Shown piece by piece: positions 39,743 to 54,904 of a stretch of DNA of 64,000 bases. Numbering within the stretch: position 1 is the stretch's first letter; every line of letters starts with the position of its first letter. The position numbers and the translations under genes are program-made. This DNA is from Octopus sinensis (Eukaryota). The notes beneath the pieces are model-generated. The model saw nothing but the letters and a program-made list of their open reading frames with translations, had not been told where the DNA came from and did not search any database. The stretch lies in the NCBI RefSeq assembly GCF_006345805.1, contig NC_043021.1:23064001-23128000 (forward strand), read 5' to 3'.

Positions 39743-40025
39743 GAGGCGCAATGGCCGAGTGGTTAGGACAGCGGACTCGCGGTCGGGGGATCGCGATTTC
39801 GATTCCCAGGCCGGGCGTTGTGGGTGTTTTTTGGGCGAAAACACCTAAAAGCTCCACAAGGCTGCGGCAGGGGGAAGTGGCGACCCCTGCTGTACTCTTT
39901 CGCCCCAACTTTCTCTCACTTTTTATTCATGTTTTTTGGGTAACGCTGCGATAGACTGGCGTCCCTTCCAGCTGGGGGGGGGGACACATACCCCACAGAA
40001 ACCGGGAAACCGGACCCATGAGCCT
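39743..40025 (+). mobile_element. SINE family C with tail T4
   Basis: C head and body, then CTGCGATAGACTGGCGTC...CAGAAACCGGGAAACCGGACCC. Confidence 0.88.
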
Positions 40026-40130
40026 GAGTATATATATATATGTATGTTTGTATATATGTATATATGAATATAAATATGTATGTATATAAACATAATGTAT
40101 GTACGTATATATATACAGACATATATATGT

Positions 40131-40207
<77 letters not shown>

Positions 40208-41755
40208 ATATTTATATATATCTTTAGATATATACAAATAAATAAAAAATATAGATAGATGCATAGAAATATAGATATACACGGAGACACGCAAAATAGA
40301 GAGGGATGAACAAAAACACACGCACAGACACAGACACACATACACACGCATCCACATGTCACATGATTAGAAAGGCGCGCGCGCACATATATGTGTATGC
40401 GTGTGAGAATAGACATTATCTACATATACTGAAGGAGGCCGATTCAGCATATATGGATGTACGTATGTATGTATATATATAAATAAATATATATAAATAT
40501 ATGTATATATATATATGCATATATATATGTAAAGTTACATATATATGCATATATATATAAATTTACCTATTTATATATATATATATATCGATATATATGT
40601 CTGGAGGTATGTATTTAGCCAGGTAGGTAGGTTGGAAGGTCGGTAGGTAAGTAGGTAAGTAGGTGGGTGTGTAAATAGGTAGATAAGTAGGTAGGTAGGT
40701 GTGTGGGTATGTATATTAGTATAGGAATAAAAATTTGAAAGCCAAAATAGAAAGGCATACACGATACGTTTAGCGTGTGTACATATTTTTAACGTTGTGT
40801 ATATGTCTGCATGCATATATATATATTTAATTACAGGTTTATCTGTCCCCATCACTATCTTTCTCTAAATACACACGTATACATATACAGATACACACAC
40901 ACACACACACACTTATATATATATATATGTGTGTGTGTGTATGTCTGTATGTATACGTGCCTATGTGTGTTTGTGTTTGTGCGAACATGTATATATTATA
41001 TATGTCACCATCTAACTATACATACAAGAAAACATACATATAATACAATATACTATGAATGTATAATCATAGAAATTTATTAGATTTCTTCTTCACACAC
41101 ACACACACACACGTATATATACATACTTTGATGAAGACATCCGGGCTAGTAAGTACGTATGCTTGTGAGTGTATGGACGTGGGTGTATATATAAAAATCT
41201 TCATGAGTTTCATGTATGCGTGCGTATAACGTTTTTTTCTTATCTCTGTCTATATGTTTGTGAATTCCTTAGAGTATTCTAATTAATTTTTATATATTTT
41301 ATAATTTATATGTGCGTATAAATATACATGTAAATATATATATATATATGTATTTATGAATGCACGTATGTATGCATATATGTATGTATATATTTATAGA
41401 TGCGTGTGTCTATTTGCATGCATGTGTGTAAATATTGCAATACTTACCCGTATGAACATACAAAAGAATTATTGTACGAAGAAGAAAAAGTTCCAACGGA
41501 AATTAAAACCATTATAATGGTTTCATTCATAATAGCAGCAAGAATTCTTCGATCGAATTTATTCGCGCCATTCTTAAGAAATCTGTAAAAATGTAAAGAA
41601 AGTGGTATAACAACTATGGCACTAATGTTCTATGATTCCCATGCGCCTTTTTCAAATTCAATAGAAACGCGATGGTTTCAAAAATTCCTTACTCCTTCCC
41701 TCTCTAACAACGCCGCTCTCTCCATAGACACACACACACACACACACACACACAC

Positions 41756-41804
<49 letters not shown>

Positions 41805-42323
41805 ATATATATGTAATCATATGTAATGACAATTATACATACTGGCATATGCGTATATGATTGTGTATGTTTCTCTATGGACCGATTTATGATATGTATA
41901 TGTGCGTATGTGTGTGCATGTGTGTGTGTATGTGTATGTGTATGTGTGTGTGTACGTGTAAATGTAATTACATACAGGCATGATTACGCATGTAATATAA
42001 ATATGTATGTATATATATACATATATATATATATATGCGTGTGTGTATACCTGCATGTGTATGTATCTCCCTCTTTATATATATATATATATATATATAT
42101 AAGTGTGTGTGTGTGTGTATACGTATGTTTGTGTGTGTTTGTGTATATGTGTGTGTGAGCGTGTTTGCTTGTGCGTGTATGTGTGTGTGTGTATTGGTAT
42201 TCAAGTACATCAATACCTGGAGTCTGTCAGACTGACACAGATATATATGTGCATCTACTTATAGTTACAAACAGTATACTTACAAACGCATGACCATATA
42301 TGTACACACACACACCAGACACC

Positions 42324-42366
<43 letters not shown>

Positions 42367-42713
42367 ATATATATATATATATATGTACATATATACAATC
42401 ATATATATCGATTATATGTACGTGTATATATTTTATGTTGTGTACGTATATATAAACCTGCCTTGGTTATGTGCATACGTGTATGTGTAAGTGTAGGACA
42501 GATACCATAAAATAATATATTATCAATAAAACTTACAAGTATGTTATTCAATGTAAAAATCTCTGTAAATGTTGTTTTGCATAAGGACTTTGGCACAGGC
42601 ACTCCCAACCGTCGACATCTCCCTTCCAAACACATACTTATAGTCACGCTATCAGGAAGCGCATATTGGCACACGCATATCTTATCTACAGGTATACGTG
42701 TATAAATACCTAT

Positions 42714-42746
<33 letters not shown>

Positions 42747-42768
42747 TAATATATATATATATATAATA

Positions 42769-43184
42769 GGCGAAGTAGTGGCTGTGTGGCATGTAGCTTG
42801 TCTACCAACCACATGGTTGCGGGTTCAGTCCCACTGCGTGGCACCTTGGGCAAGAGTCTTCTACTATAGCCTCGGGCCGACCAAAGCCTTGTGAGTGGAT
42901 TTGGTAGACGGAAACTGAAAGAAGCCCGTCGTATATAGGTATATATATATATATGTATGCGAGTGTGTATTTGTTTGTCTGTGTTTGTCCCCTAGCAGTG
43001 CTTGACAACCGATGCTGGTGTGCTTATGTCCCCGTTACTTAGCGGTTCGTCAAAAGAGACCGATAGAATAAGTACTGGGCTTACAAAAGAATAAGTCCCG
43101 GGGTCAAGTTGCTCGACTAAAGGCGGTGCTCCAGCATGGCCGTAGTCAAATGACTCAAACAAGTAAAAGAATAAAAGAATAAAC
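42769..43184 (+). mobile_element. SINE family A, full length
   Basis: Matches the 38555 copy throughout. Confidence 0.94.
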
Positions 43185-43765
43185 GAATAGAATATAAATA
43201 TGTATTTATATATATGTACATACATACGTATTCGTTTATGCATGCATACATGTATGTATGTATACGGTTGTTCATGCGGAAGTCTGAACACTACTGAGCA
43301 GGTTCTACCTCATGTGGTCGATCTAGTTGTATATATACACACATATGTGCGTGCGCGCGCGCGCGCGTGTGTGTGTAGGGGGTGCGTGGATGTATGTCTG
43401 TATGTATTTGAAAATGCATAGCTCGGTGTTTTATTTAGAGCGTTAGGTTTACAACTGTTGGGTTGTTAGTTCGATTCGCAGACCCAGAAGTGTGTTCTGT
43501 TGTAAGCAAAACCATTTATTTTACACTCTATACATATAGATATATAGATAGATAGATCTCGAAATACTTTCCTTCGTGACATGTCACGTTCGCTCTCCGA
43601 ATGTTCGAGGTGGAAGCTGAACTTCGGCGTAACGGCAAACGGCATTACAGATTGCATAAGGCTGACAAAACATTTCTGTATAATTCGCAGAGAACACTTT
43701 TAAGTCCGTACTCTCGAAGTCAGACCAAATATAATAAAGCCGTTATATATTATATATATATATAT

Positions 43766-44250
43766 ATAACGGGAAGCTTTATGAAAATAGACAAAAGACG
43801 AAGGCAGGTGGAAAACAAACAAACAATTGTATTAGTATGGTGCTCAGGAAATATAAATAAAACAAGTCTTTAACGTTTCGAGCCTACGCTCTCAACAGAA
43901 GATACACAGAGAGAGAAAAAACACAGAAAGAAGGAGAGAAAAAAAATGCGTGCAGTAACTAACGAATCAACATGGCGATCTGATTTCGGCCAGAGGTCAA
44001 GATCAAACATGAGACCGAGAGCGAAATAAGGGGAGATAATAGGGTTGATAATAGGGTTGAATGACCCTAGGATAGGTCTGGCAGGCGTATGTATGGGGTG
44101 GTGTGTATGTATTAGTATGTATTAGTATGTATTAGTTCGTATTAGTATGTAAAGTGTGTGTGTGTGTGTGTATGAGAGAGTATAAGTGCGTATGAGGGGT
44201 CTGGACGTGTGTATGTATAGGGTTGGTGTATGTATTAGTATGTATTAGTA
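43766..44250 (-). mobile_element. Dispersed repeat family P (probable PLE pLTR) with variant HHR-like motif at 43866-43903
   Basis: Near-identical to 60141-60395 and related to 59337-59490 and 62816-63003; (TA)n flanks; GTATTAGTAT repeats in the distal part. Confidence 0.7.
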
Positions 44251-44391
44251 TACACACACACACACACATATGTATATATATATATATCACCGTGATCACT
44301 ATAACAGACCAGGCTATCAGATGTTGCTACACATCGCTGGTCAAAATGCTCATTGCATTGTTGTAGCCTTCAAATAACGCCACCCCGTTAG

Positions 44392-44441
<50 letters not shown>

Positions 44442-44956
44442 AATAGCGATATACATTTATTATACATATATATCAAGACATATATGCTCTCTCTCCAAAC
44501 ACACACACACATCCACACACATATATCCTCTTTATAACGCAGGAGTTCTGTTAGTTCAAAATGGCCGCTATTCAACTCGTTCCACATAAATCACACACGG
44601 AATATTACTTTACTTATGATCATTAAATATTATTTTGATTTGCTTCCATCTTTTTCGATTTGTTCCAAATACCTCCAGATTATAATACGTCTCTCAACTC
44701 ATATTTCATTTAGAAGAATTTTATATACATTAAAGATTTTTGCTTTATGACTTTTAGAATTTAAGACTTTCTTAATTCTTTAAGAAATTTATTTATAAAT
44801 ATTCTTGCTTAATGTCACCTCACAGACCAACAAATCATTTCTAATATGTTGGTAAGTTCTGGATACTTGTTAGAACTTCACACGAGGATTAAACACATTT
44901 CTTGATCGATAAGAACAGCAAAAATAAATCGATATAAATCTATAAAAGTCACAAAA

Positions 44957-45017
<61 letters not shown>

Positions 45018-45049
45018 ATGGCTACTAATCATAATAAAAATGAACAAAC

Positions 45050-45066
45050 ATAGATAGATAGATAGT

Positions 45067-45120
<54 letters not shown>

Positions 45121-45187
45121 CATACATACATACATACATACATACATACATGGATAGATGGATAGATAGATAGATAGATAGAGAGAG

Positions 45188-45263
<76 letters not shown>

Positions 45264-45275
45264 TGATTGGTTGAT
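45050..45275. repeat. Compound (GATA)n/(CATA)n/(GGAT)n
   Basis: Direct reading; similar tracts at 45875-45960, 48240-48336 and 51171-51356. Confidence 0.95.
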
Positions 45276-45664
45276 AGATAGTTTAAGAAATAATCGGAGC
45301 AAAAGAAATTTGAGCAAACAGCCAATGTCGAAGTAAAAACAAAAGCTGTCTAGATAGAAATGAACAATAGCGCAGGCGTCGATAAATAATGGGAGATAAA
45401 TATGTCTGTTACTTGTCATTGCAAAACAAACATTTTCTCCAACGATAAGATCATTGCTGTAATTGCTAAACCATGAAGGAATTCAAAATATACCGACATC
45501 ACGTCGGTCGGCGTTGTTGTTGTTGTTGTTGTTTTGTAGTATTTGTACTTCTCAGCTCTGATCGTGGTGTCTTATGATCAAATACTTTTCAACTATGAAT
45601 TCCGAGAATTATACATACACACATGTATATATACAAACTCACCACACACCACATATATATATAC

Positions 45665-45711
<47 letters not shown>

Positions 45712-45842
45712 TATATATATATATATATATAATATATATAATACATACAGTGTATACATATATATAACTGAATAAGTCGGAATCAACGAGGAGTATATAT
45801 GTATGTGTATATATATAATCTATATATATATATATATATATA

Positions 45843-45877
<35 letters not shown>

Positions 45878-45884
45878 GATAGAT

Positions 45885-45937
<53 letters not shown>

Positions 45938-48015
45938 GATAGATAGATAGATAGATATACATATACATACACATATATATATATATGTATATATACATAT
46001 ACAGATATGTGCATATACACATATAAAAATATATAGGCATATGCATACATGCGTGTATATTTATATATACATGCCTATAGATTGGTATAATTAGAGTGAT
46101 ACATAATTAAAGAGAGTGTTTGTGAGAGTGAGAGAGATTGGCTCATTGATGTAATGGATGGATGGATGGATGGATGAACGGATGGAGGGATAAGTGGGCG
46201 AAAGGATGCGTATACGTATACATAACCTCAATTTTTCTCTGCGGGTGCAAAATAGTACATCGTGATTTGCCACGTCGTAGATGCCCTATCGTATCTTCAG
46301 TGATATTGCATCGATATCATTATTGCTGTGGCTACTGGAATATCAATTAGACGATCCTTTACTGACTACGGTTGGCAGTAAAGTCAGAATCAAACGTATC
46401 TCAGATATTCACTTGAACACACCACAATCTTAATTGAAGCCATTTTCCCAAATCTTGCTGCAGGTTTCGTCAATAATTTCCGTTCAACTAAATACAATCC
46501 ACGATGGTAATTTGTAAATTTACTGCAACACATATTGTGCAATAGACCAGATGATTTTTGCCCAATTTGTCATCTCAATGCATAGGAAGTCTTTAATAGC
46601 AAAATGTAGCATTTTACTGCTCTGTAATGAGGTGCGGTTTTGATGCATACATCCTTGTTACACAGGTCTACAAGACAGAAAATTTCCCCACCTGATGGTT
46701 CATATCGGGTGGAGAAAATTTCTGGTTTTTAAATCTGAGTTTGGTTGTAGAAATTAGACACAGATAAAGAAATAGTGCTGCAAAATGTTTCAGTCATTTT
46801 CGATTCTTACTCTCTGTCCGTTGATGGCAGAGAAGAGAATTCGGTGGTGACGGTGAGAGGATGAAAAGCGACGCGGGTGTAAATGACAGCCATCTTTTTT
46901 CATGATTGTAGCGTTGATGATGATGAGGAGGAGGAAGAACGGGAGCATGGGAGAGGGGGAGGAGGGGAGGAGGAGGAAGCGTGATCGTGACAATATCGAC
47001 CGTGGTGATGACAACAAAGATGTTGGTGATAACTTTGGCAATAATGATGATGATGATGATGATGTGATGATGATGACGATGACGACGATGATGACGATGA
47101 TGATGATGATGAATTTGATGGCGATGGTAATGATCATGATGACTTGTGATGGACCTGAAAGGATAAAGATGAGGATGATATTAATCATGATAATGCTTAT
47201 GATGATTTCGATGAGGAGTAGTAGGAGGAGGACGAAGGAGGAGGAAAGAGATGAAGAAGAAAAAGGGGATAAGTTGGATATTTGGAGTTTCATTTCGTTT
47301 ATTGACAGATCCACTTTGAAGTATTCAAAGCAACATGAAATACTACACCCACCACCCTCCCCTCTTATCCATCAATTTCGAAGCATCTATTCTCTCGCAC
47401 AGCCTTCAAACCAACAGTTGTCCCCTTCTACCTCACAACCATTCTTGCGCATACTTACACAATCTTCGTTTTCAATCTTCGCGAGATACAACATTGTGTA
47501 TATGCCGGCATCGCTACAAACGGACCAGCGCCGCTGACAGTGTAGACACCGCCGTTATCACTACGCGCAACAACGGTAACGCTTTACATAGACATCACGT
47601 ACACAGAAGGTGACAAGCAACGTTCCCGAAACTGCAAAGAAAAAGGCCCCTGTATTACAACTACTGTTTACTTTGTTTGACGTGCATAATGGTTTGAAAC
47701 CAATGTTGGGTGTTTGAATGAATGAGAATGTGTCCATATCTACGAGTGTCTGTCTGTGTGTACGCGTGTGCAGTGAGAAAGGAATAAAGGGAGAGAGAAA
47801 GAGATAGGGAATTTATGATGAGTTGATAGTAAATGAAAGAGAAAAAGGAAAGTAATACACACAGATATAGAGATAAAATGGTAGCTTGATGAATACACAC
47901 GAATACGTGTACATATGTGCATGTACATATACATATACATACATAAAGACATACACATATATATAATATATACATATATATATACAAATATATATATACA
48001 TATATATATATATAT

Positions 48016-48048
<33 letters not shown>

Positions 48049-48239
48049 GTATACATATATATACACATTTGTGTGCGTATTTATATATATATACATATAT
48101 GTACTTATATATTTATATAAATATGTATTATATACGTATGCAGGTTTCTATGTATTGATAGAGAGAAAGAGAGAGAGAAAGAGAGAGAAAACGAGAGAGA
48201 GTTACATACATACATATGTACACACATAAGTACCTACAT

Positions 48240-48337
<98 letters not shown>

Positions 48338-48881
48338 TGAAAGTTATGTAGATTGTTATCGAAACAGCAGCGATCGATTCTCTTGACATATACGCAAAGT
48401 TAATTATGTTGATTGTACCCTTTGAAAAGACGGCATTAAAAGTGTCCCAACACCAACCCGTCATCTCTATATAACCCCCCCGCTCTCTACCGAAACTGTT
48501 ATACTGATGTAGTCAGCTAACAAACTCCTTATGTTTGCGCTTCTGTTGCAATATGTCTGATCTTTAGCGCCGGTTTTCGCTTTAGATCTTACAATAGATC
48601 ACACTAGCTGCTCTGTTGACTACTGAAATATATTGTGTGTATTAGCGCATGTACTTACGTCTCTAGTCGTGTACGTATCTCCAGCTATTGTATGTGTGTT
48701 TGTCTCGTGCCTTCTTCTTTCTTTCTTACTTTCTCGTTCACTGTCTCTGTCGTTCTCTCTGTATTTATGTATGTGGAATTGTATGCATATAAAATGACGT
48801 ATAAATGCGAGCGCGTATGTGTGTATGTGTACATATAAATGTACATATATATTTATTTATATATACACACACACACACAAC

Positions 48882-48912
<31 letters not shown>

Positions 48913-49104
48913 ATATATTATACACACACACATATACGTATGTATTAATACATATACATATTTATACATATATATATATATATGTATACAAGCGTATATA
49001 TATACATACATTATTATACATATATATATAAGCCACTCATTTTTCTCTTTTTCTCTTTCCCTTACTCTCCATAGCCCTGTATCATTCTTTCGCTCTGTAT
49101 ACAT

Positions 49105-49167
<63 letters not shown>

Positions 49168-49174
49168 TTTATAT

Positions 49175-49205
<31 letters not shown>

Positions 49206-50040
49206 CATATATTTATATACACACACACACATATATATATATATGCGTATCTGTATGTAGTTATGTATGTATAGAAATATTTACAGGCACATACAGATGC
49301 ACTCATATATACCGGTGTGGATTGAGGGACTGTGTGTATGTGTGTATGTGCGTCTTTGAGTGTGTATGTGTGTGTGAGAATGTTTATACCTATACGCATA
49401 TGCGTGTTGTGTGCGTGTGCGTGTGCGTGTGCGAATGTGTGCTTTACACCCACCACATTCAGTAGCAAACCACCTCAGACTTAAACATCGCTGATACCTA
49501 ATTAATTAGAACCAAGACATCGAAACGCATTCCGAGGAATAATAATAGAATAAAGATGTGATTCTGGCTGACATTGTTGTCAAATGATATGAACCAAATT
49601 GTGAAAACTAACCAATCCTATCTACTGTCAGACTCTTCTATTTTCCCTTCTTCTCTCTCGGTCTCTCTTTCACGCTTCTCCCCTCCATCTCTCTCTGTCT
49701 CTGTCTCTCTCTTTCAGTCTCTCTTTCTCTCTCCATCTCCTCCAATCTCTCTCATTCACTCAAGTTTTCAATTACAGTTGTGGCAGACGTTTTTGTTTGA
49801 TTGATAACGATAAATACAGTCCTAACAAAAGCTGTTGAAACGCTCGAGTTGTTTTATAAGTATTTACCTCTGTTTGTTCGCTCCCCCATCTCTCATCTCC
49901 CTCTCTCCTCCCTCTCTCTCTTGTTTCTTGTTTCTTATCTTGTTCGTGTAGTGAGTGCATGTGCTTGTTTGCATCGGGGAGGGAGGGGCATTGCCCTCAG
50001 TTTCTCCCTTCTGCTATCCCCATTTCTTCTTCCTACCTTT

Positions 50041-50308
50041 ATTATCATCATCAACATTACTATTATTGTTATTATTTTTATTATTTTTATTATTTTCATT
50101 ATTTTGATTATTATTATTATCATTATTATTATTATTATTATTGTTATTATTATTATTATTATTAATATTATCATCATCATTGTTATAATTATTATTATTA
50201 TTATTATTATTATCATCATCATCATCATCATCATTATTATTATTATTATTATCATTATTATTATTATTATTATTACTATTGTTATTATTATTATTTTTAT
50301 TATTACCA

Positions 50309-50339
<31 letters not shown>

Positions 50340-50482
50340 TATTATTGTTATTATTATTATTATTATTATTATTGTTATTTTTATTATTATTATTACTATT
50401 ATTATTATTACTATTATTATTATTATTATTATCATTATTATTATCATTATTGTTATTATTATTATTATTATCATTATTATTA

Positions 50483-50519
<37 letters not shown>

Positions 50520-50521
50520 CA

Positions 50522-50557
<36 letters not shown>

Positions 50558-50573
50558 TATTATTATTATTATT
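50041..50573. repeat. ~530-bp imperfect (ATT)n
   Basis: Direct reading; another tract at 54795-54975. Confidence 0.95.
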
Positions 50574-50910
50574 AATTTTGCTTTTATTTTAGATTCTTTG
50601 TTTCTTTTGTCTTTTTCGTATCGTCATTGTTTCTTCGGAAAGTACTTAAGCGTCAGAGTCTACAAACTCTGGAAACAGATAAAGTCATATTTATCAATTT
50701 CTTACGTTTCGCCAATGACGTCTTAACGTTCCGCGCTTGTTGTCTTTTCTGTTTCTGACAACCTCTTCTGTGGTGACAGTCACTTGTTTAAACCGCTCTC
50801 AACACTTAGACAATAATTGCTATGCAAATATCAACACAAAATACTGATTCTTTATCATTCTTTGTTTTGGCTTCTATGTTTTTTAAGACGTCTAAAACAA
50901 TGAAGCTGCT

Positions 50911-50953
<43 letters not shown>

Positions 50954-51104
50954 TGGCAGAACGGGAAAAAAAGTCTTGGTTGCAAAGCTAGGAACACATT
51001 TCACACGAACACACACGCATTCCAGCATCGTTCTTCCTTTCTTTCGTTCTCTCTTTCTTACTTTCCTTCCTTGTGTCTTTCTTACTCGCTTGCCATATAT
51101 ATAT

Positions 51105-51135
<31 letters not shown>

Positions 51136-51167
51136 GCTCATAGGGAGAAAGATATATATATATATAT

Positions 51168-51208
<41 letters not shown>

Positions 51209-51253
51209 CAGATAGACAGACAGACAGACAGACAGATAGACAGACAGACAGAC

Positions 51254-51356
<103 letters not shown>

Positions 51357-51369
51357 CGGTAGAGTGCTT

Positions 51370-51510
51370 ACGTTCTCGTAAATTATCTGTTCGGCTAAAG
51401 AGACCAATAGATGAAAAACTAGGATTTAAAAATAAGTTGTGGGGTCAATTAATTCGACTAAAATCTTTCAACGCGGTGCCCCAGCACTGCCGCAGTCAAA
51501 AGACTGATCA
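51370..51510 (+). mobile_element. SINE family A, degraded 3' half
   Basis: GTTCGGCTAAAGAGACCAATAG...GCGGTGCCCCAGCACTGCCGCAGTCAAAAGACTGA. Confidence 0.7.
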
Positions 51511-52647
51511 GATGTTTATAGTGATCAAATGTTCGTGCCGCACTTCAGTTTCACTTTTCCGTTGTTTGAACCTAATGCTCTTTGCATCACCTGTCAGGTG
51601 TCAAAGTGTTCGCAAAGCAACATAAGATAAAGTGTTTTAGTCCAGAGCACGACACACCACCATGTGTATGCGAGTTTACATGACCAGGCCAGTGTACCAT
51701 GATTCCACTGCGAATAATCTGACCCACAGACTCCGTTTTTTCAGAGCAATATTTTCTCTTTCAGGATCTTCGCCTTGTACAATTATCTCACACTCAAGAT
51801 GAATAAATACGATAACATAATATGATGCATTCTATATTTGCCGATATAACCAGAAAAGGTTCCAGGCGTCTAATACGATCGTTTCATAAATGGCATAACG
51901 TGTGTAAGAGTATATGATGAATATTAAATTTGTTTTCTCCACAAAATATATATCTAAATTAGGTGTGTGTTTTGTGCGCGAGTGCATATCACACCGCTAA
52001 ATACGCTAAAATAATAAAATTATTTAACGCCAGTATTTATACACTGAGGCATACACGCACACATTCATACTCATTATAGAGAAATCGAAATACGGTCTAA
52101 AATCGGCTTGCAAGATAGTCCGGTCAAATCCTCTTTAACACTATTAAGCATCCTAATGCCGAATGATAAGAGAAGAAAAATGGATATGATCCAATTTAAG
52201 CAGAAATTAAGTTTTTTCTATGGTGGGACTGATTTTTAAACGAGACATAATCTGAAAAGATTGTCATGAGACGAAAAATAATTATCAACAAAAAATACTC
52301 TCTAAACACGACCCTGTGATGGATTACGTGTAGGGGAATGGGTCTGTTGGATCGTATTTGATTCAACCAGTGTTTAAATGCCAGCATGACACAATGGCTT
52401 CTGCCATCTCTCAGATCACTCATCCAAAATGTGTGATCGATTTTTTTTCTGATTAAGCGTGTGGATCTATAATATTAATTAAAGATGGCGTCGCAGGAAA
52501 CGAAATGCCGTGAACGAAGACGAATTTTTTAATGTATTTAATGGGAAAAAATATTTTCTGAATTATGCTGTTAACAATTCAGATGATACGGTATTTATGA
52601 AGTAAGGGCAGCTCTGAATACGAAAAGTTCTTAACAAAAAAGAGATA

Positions 52648-53010
52648 ATAAGTTAAGTTAATTTTTTGGCCCAAAAAGCAAAAAGCAAGGACATGTGGGG
52701 GGACATGGAGTTATGTACAGGGAGGGTGTTCATGTAAAGAGTTCAGGCCATTTCTGGTCAAGAGAGACTTTGAAACGAGCGGTCGTCGGCATCTTCACTA
52801 TCTCGTCCGGCAGCTTATTCCACGGATCCGCAACCCGGACGGAGAAAGCCCCTCTCCTTCGATTGAGATGAAATCGTCCCAGATAGAGCTTTTCGGAGTG
52901 ACCTCGCAGCCGACGCTCTGGAGCAGCAGTGAAGAACAGCTCTTTCGAGAGGTTACACTTTCCGCTTATGATGTTGTGAGCAAGAATGAGATCACCACGG
53001 CGTCGTCGTT
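52648..53010 (-). mobile_element. CR1-clade LINE 3' end: uninterrupted terminal ORF2 frame (53008-52730) plus 3' UTR
   Basis: RRRRGDLILAHNIISG...RLRGHSEKL...AFSVRVADPWNKLPDEIV...FKVSLDQKWPELFT*; short (TTAAC)-type tail; absent from the ORF track because it lacks a start codon. Confidence 0.9.
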
Positions 53011-54040
53011 AAGTTACGTGCTATATTCACGATGTATAAAAAGTTATTTCGTTTCATTAATGTCGTCGATTTGGAACGATGTAAAACAAAGCGCTGTACA
53101 ATAATATTTCCGAATTTAAGTTACGGGTAACAATCGTGAACTCGCCTGTCGCCGGAGGCCGATACGTGTTCCGCAATTTCATGCTGAACACTCTACAGAG
53201 ATGATTTGTTTATAATAATCAAATGATCGTGTTGTGCGTTGATTCACCCAGAACATCAAGTCGAAACTTTCCGTACAGTTGCATGGCAGCTACACGTCAG
53301 ATGATGTGACTGAAGTGCAATTGGCGATGACGTGCATTGCAGGAAAATGCAATGTTCCGCCCGATCCGGTAACCAAAGCCACAATCTTGTGATCGTGCGA
53401 GCAACACCGTACCCACTCGACCAAGTGCCCTTGCTATGGATAGCGAAACTAGTTACACAACTGTTTTTTTTTAATTACATGGTCAACATTTTTAATACAA
53501 CCTTTATTATTTTACCGTTTCCCTCAGTAAGTGATACCTCTTTTTACGTACGAAAATGTTTAAAATATTGATGGAACAACGAAAACAAAGACGAAGGACT
53601 ATTTCCAGGATGTAAGTTAATACATTTTTTTTTGGCAACAAGGAATCGTTCAAGTTTCATTCATAAACAGAACTCCAAATATTTCCTTTATCATTTTCCA
53701 GTAACATTTACCATTCTCTTGGAATCGGAATGTATGTGACTGAGGAAGAAGCCAGACCGGATATTAACCCTTTCATGCGAAATTAAATTTCATGCTCATT
53801 CCAATAATGACCTTAAATCGATCTCTATAATAAAAAACAAAATTGGTATTTTCTGCATGTCACGTTACCTCAGAAAACTTGACATTTCTCAACAAAAAAA
53901 TCATTATCAATTGACGTTCTTCAGCAAATGGTAAATAGAATTTTCAGTGGATGTACTTAATTTCCGCAATAAAAAAGGTTAAAAGACATTCAGACGAAAA
54001 TCCTTTGCTGAAAATTACAGCGACTGTCTATAAAATCATA

Positions 54041-54362
54041 GGAGTACTCCGTCGGTGACGACGAGAGTCCCCGCTGATACGATCAGCGGAACAGCTTCCT
54101 CGTGAAGTTAACGTGCAAGTGACTGAGTACTCCAGAGACATGTGTACCCTTAACGTAGTTCCCGGAGAGATTCAGTGTGGCACAGAATGTGACAAAGCTA
54201 GCTCCTTTGAAATAATACAGGTACTACTCATTTTTGCCAGCTAAGTGCACAGGGGCAACTTGAAATAAAATGTCTTGCTCAAGGACAAAACGCGTCACCA
54301 GGAATTGAACGCACGAACTTAAGATCGGCAGCCAGACATCCTAACCACTGAACCAAGGGCCT
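54041..54362 (-). mobile_element. SINE family D head with tail T3
   Basis: Reverse complement GGTTCAGTGGTTAGG...CCTTGAGCAAGACA, then a tail homologous to 37795-37980. Confidence 0.85.
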
Positions 54363-54791
54363 TTACATAAAATCATAACGCAAACATGTTATTGGTTACT
54401 TCTTCTCTCATACAATACAACAACAAAATTACTTACTGGAGCCTTTTTAAATACCACAAGTGCTCCCTGATGTGAAGAACAGAAAATGCATATGTGTGGA
54501 AGGGTCTACTTTCTTATTTTCAGGAACTTACAAAATCTTACACGCTAATTTTATCGCATCCGTTTTATAAAATGCGCTAATTGCTTCATGAAAACTGTAT
54601 AAATTTATGATTTTGCTTAGCATTAATATTTTTCAAACGTCTAAATACATTGGAAAATATCTCAACCTCCTCCAGCATTTATGCAACTATGTTTTATAAC
54701 TAAGTAATTTATACCAGCATATACTTTTGTCACCAATAACAAAACTATTCTGTTGTTCGAAGGAATGTAATGTAGTGAGAAAATAAAAGCA

Positions 54792-54904
<113 letters not shown>

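Noticed and set aside
50700-50830. CCAAT/CRE-like CCAATGACGTC and octamer ATGCAAAT cluster
   Set aside because: The octamer occurs several times elsewhere in this AT-rich window; motifs alone are not evidence.
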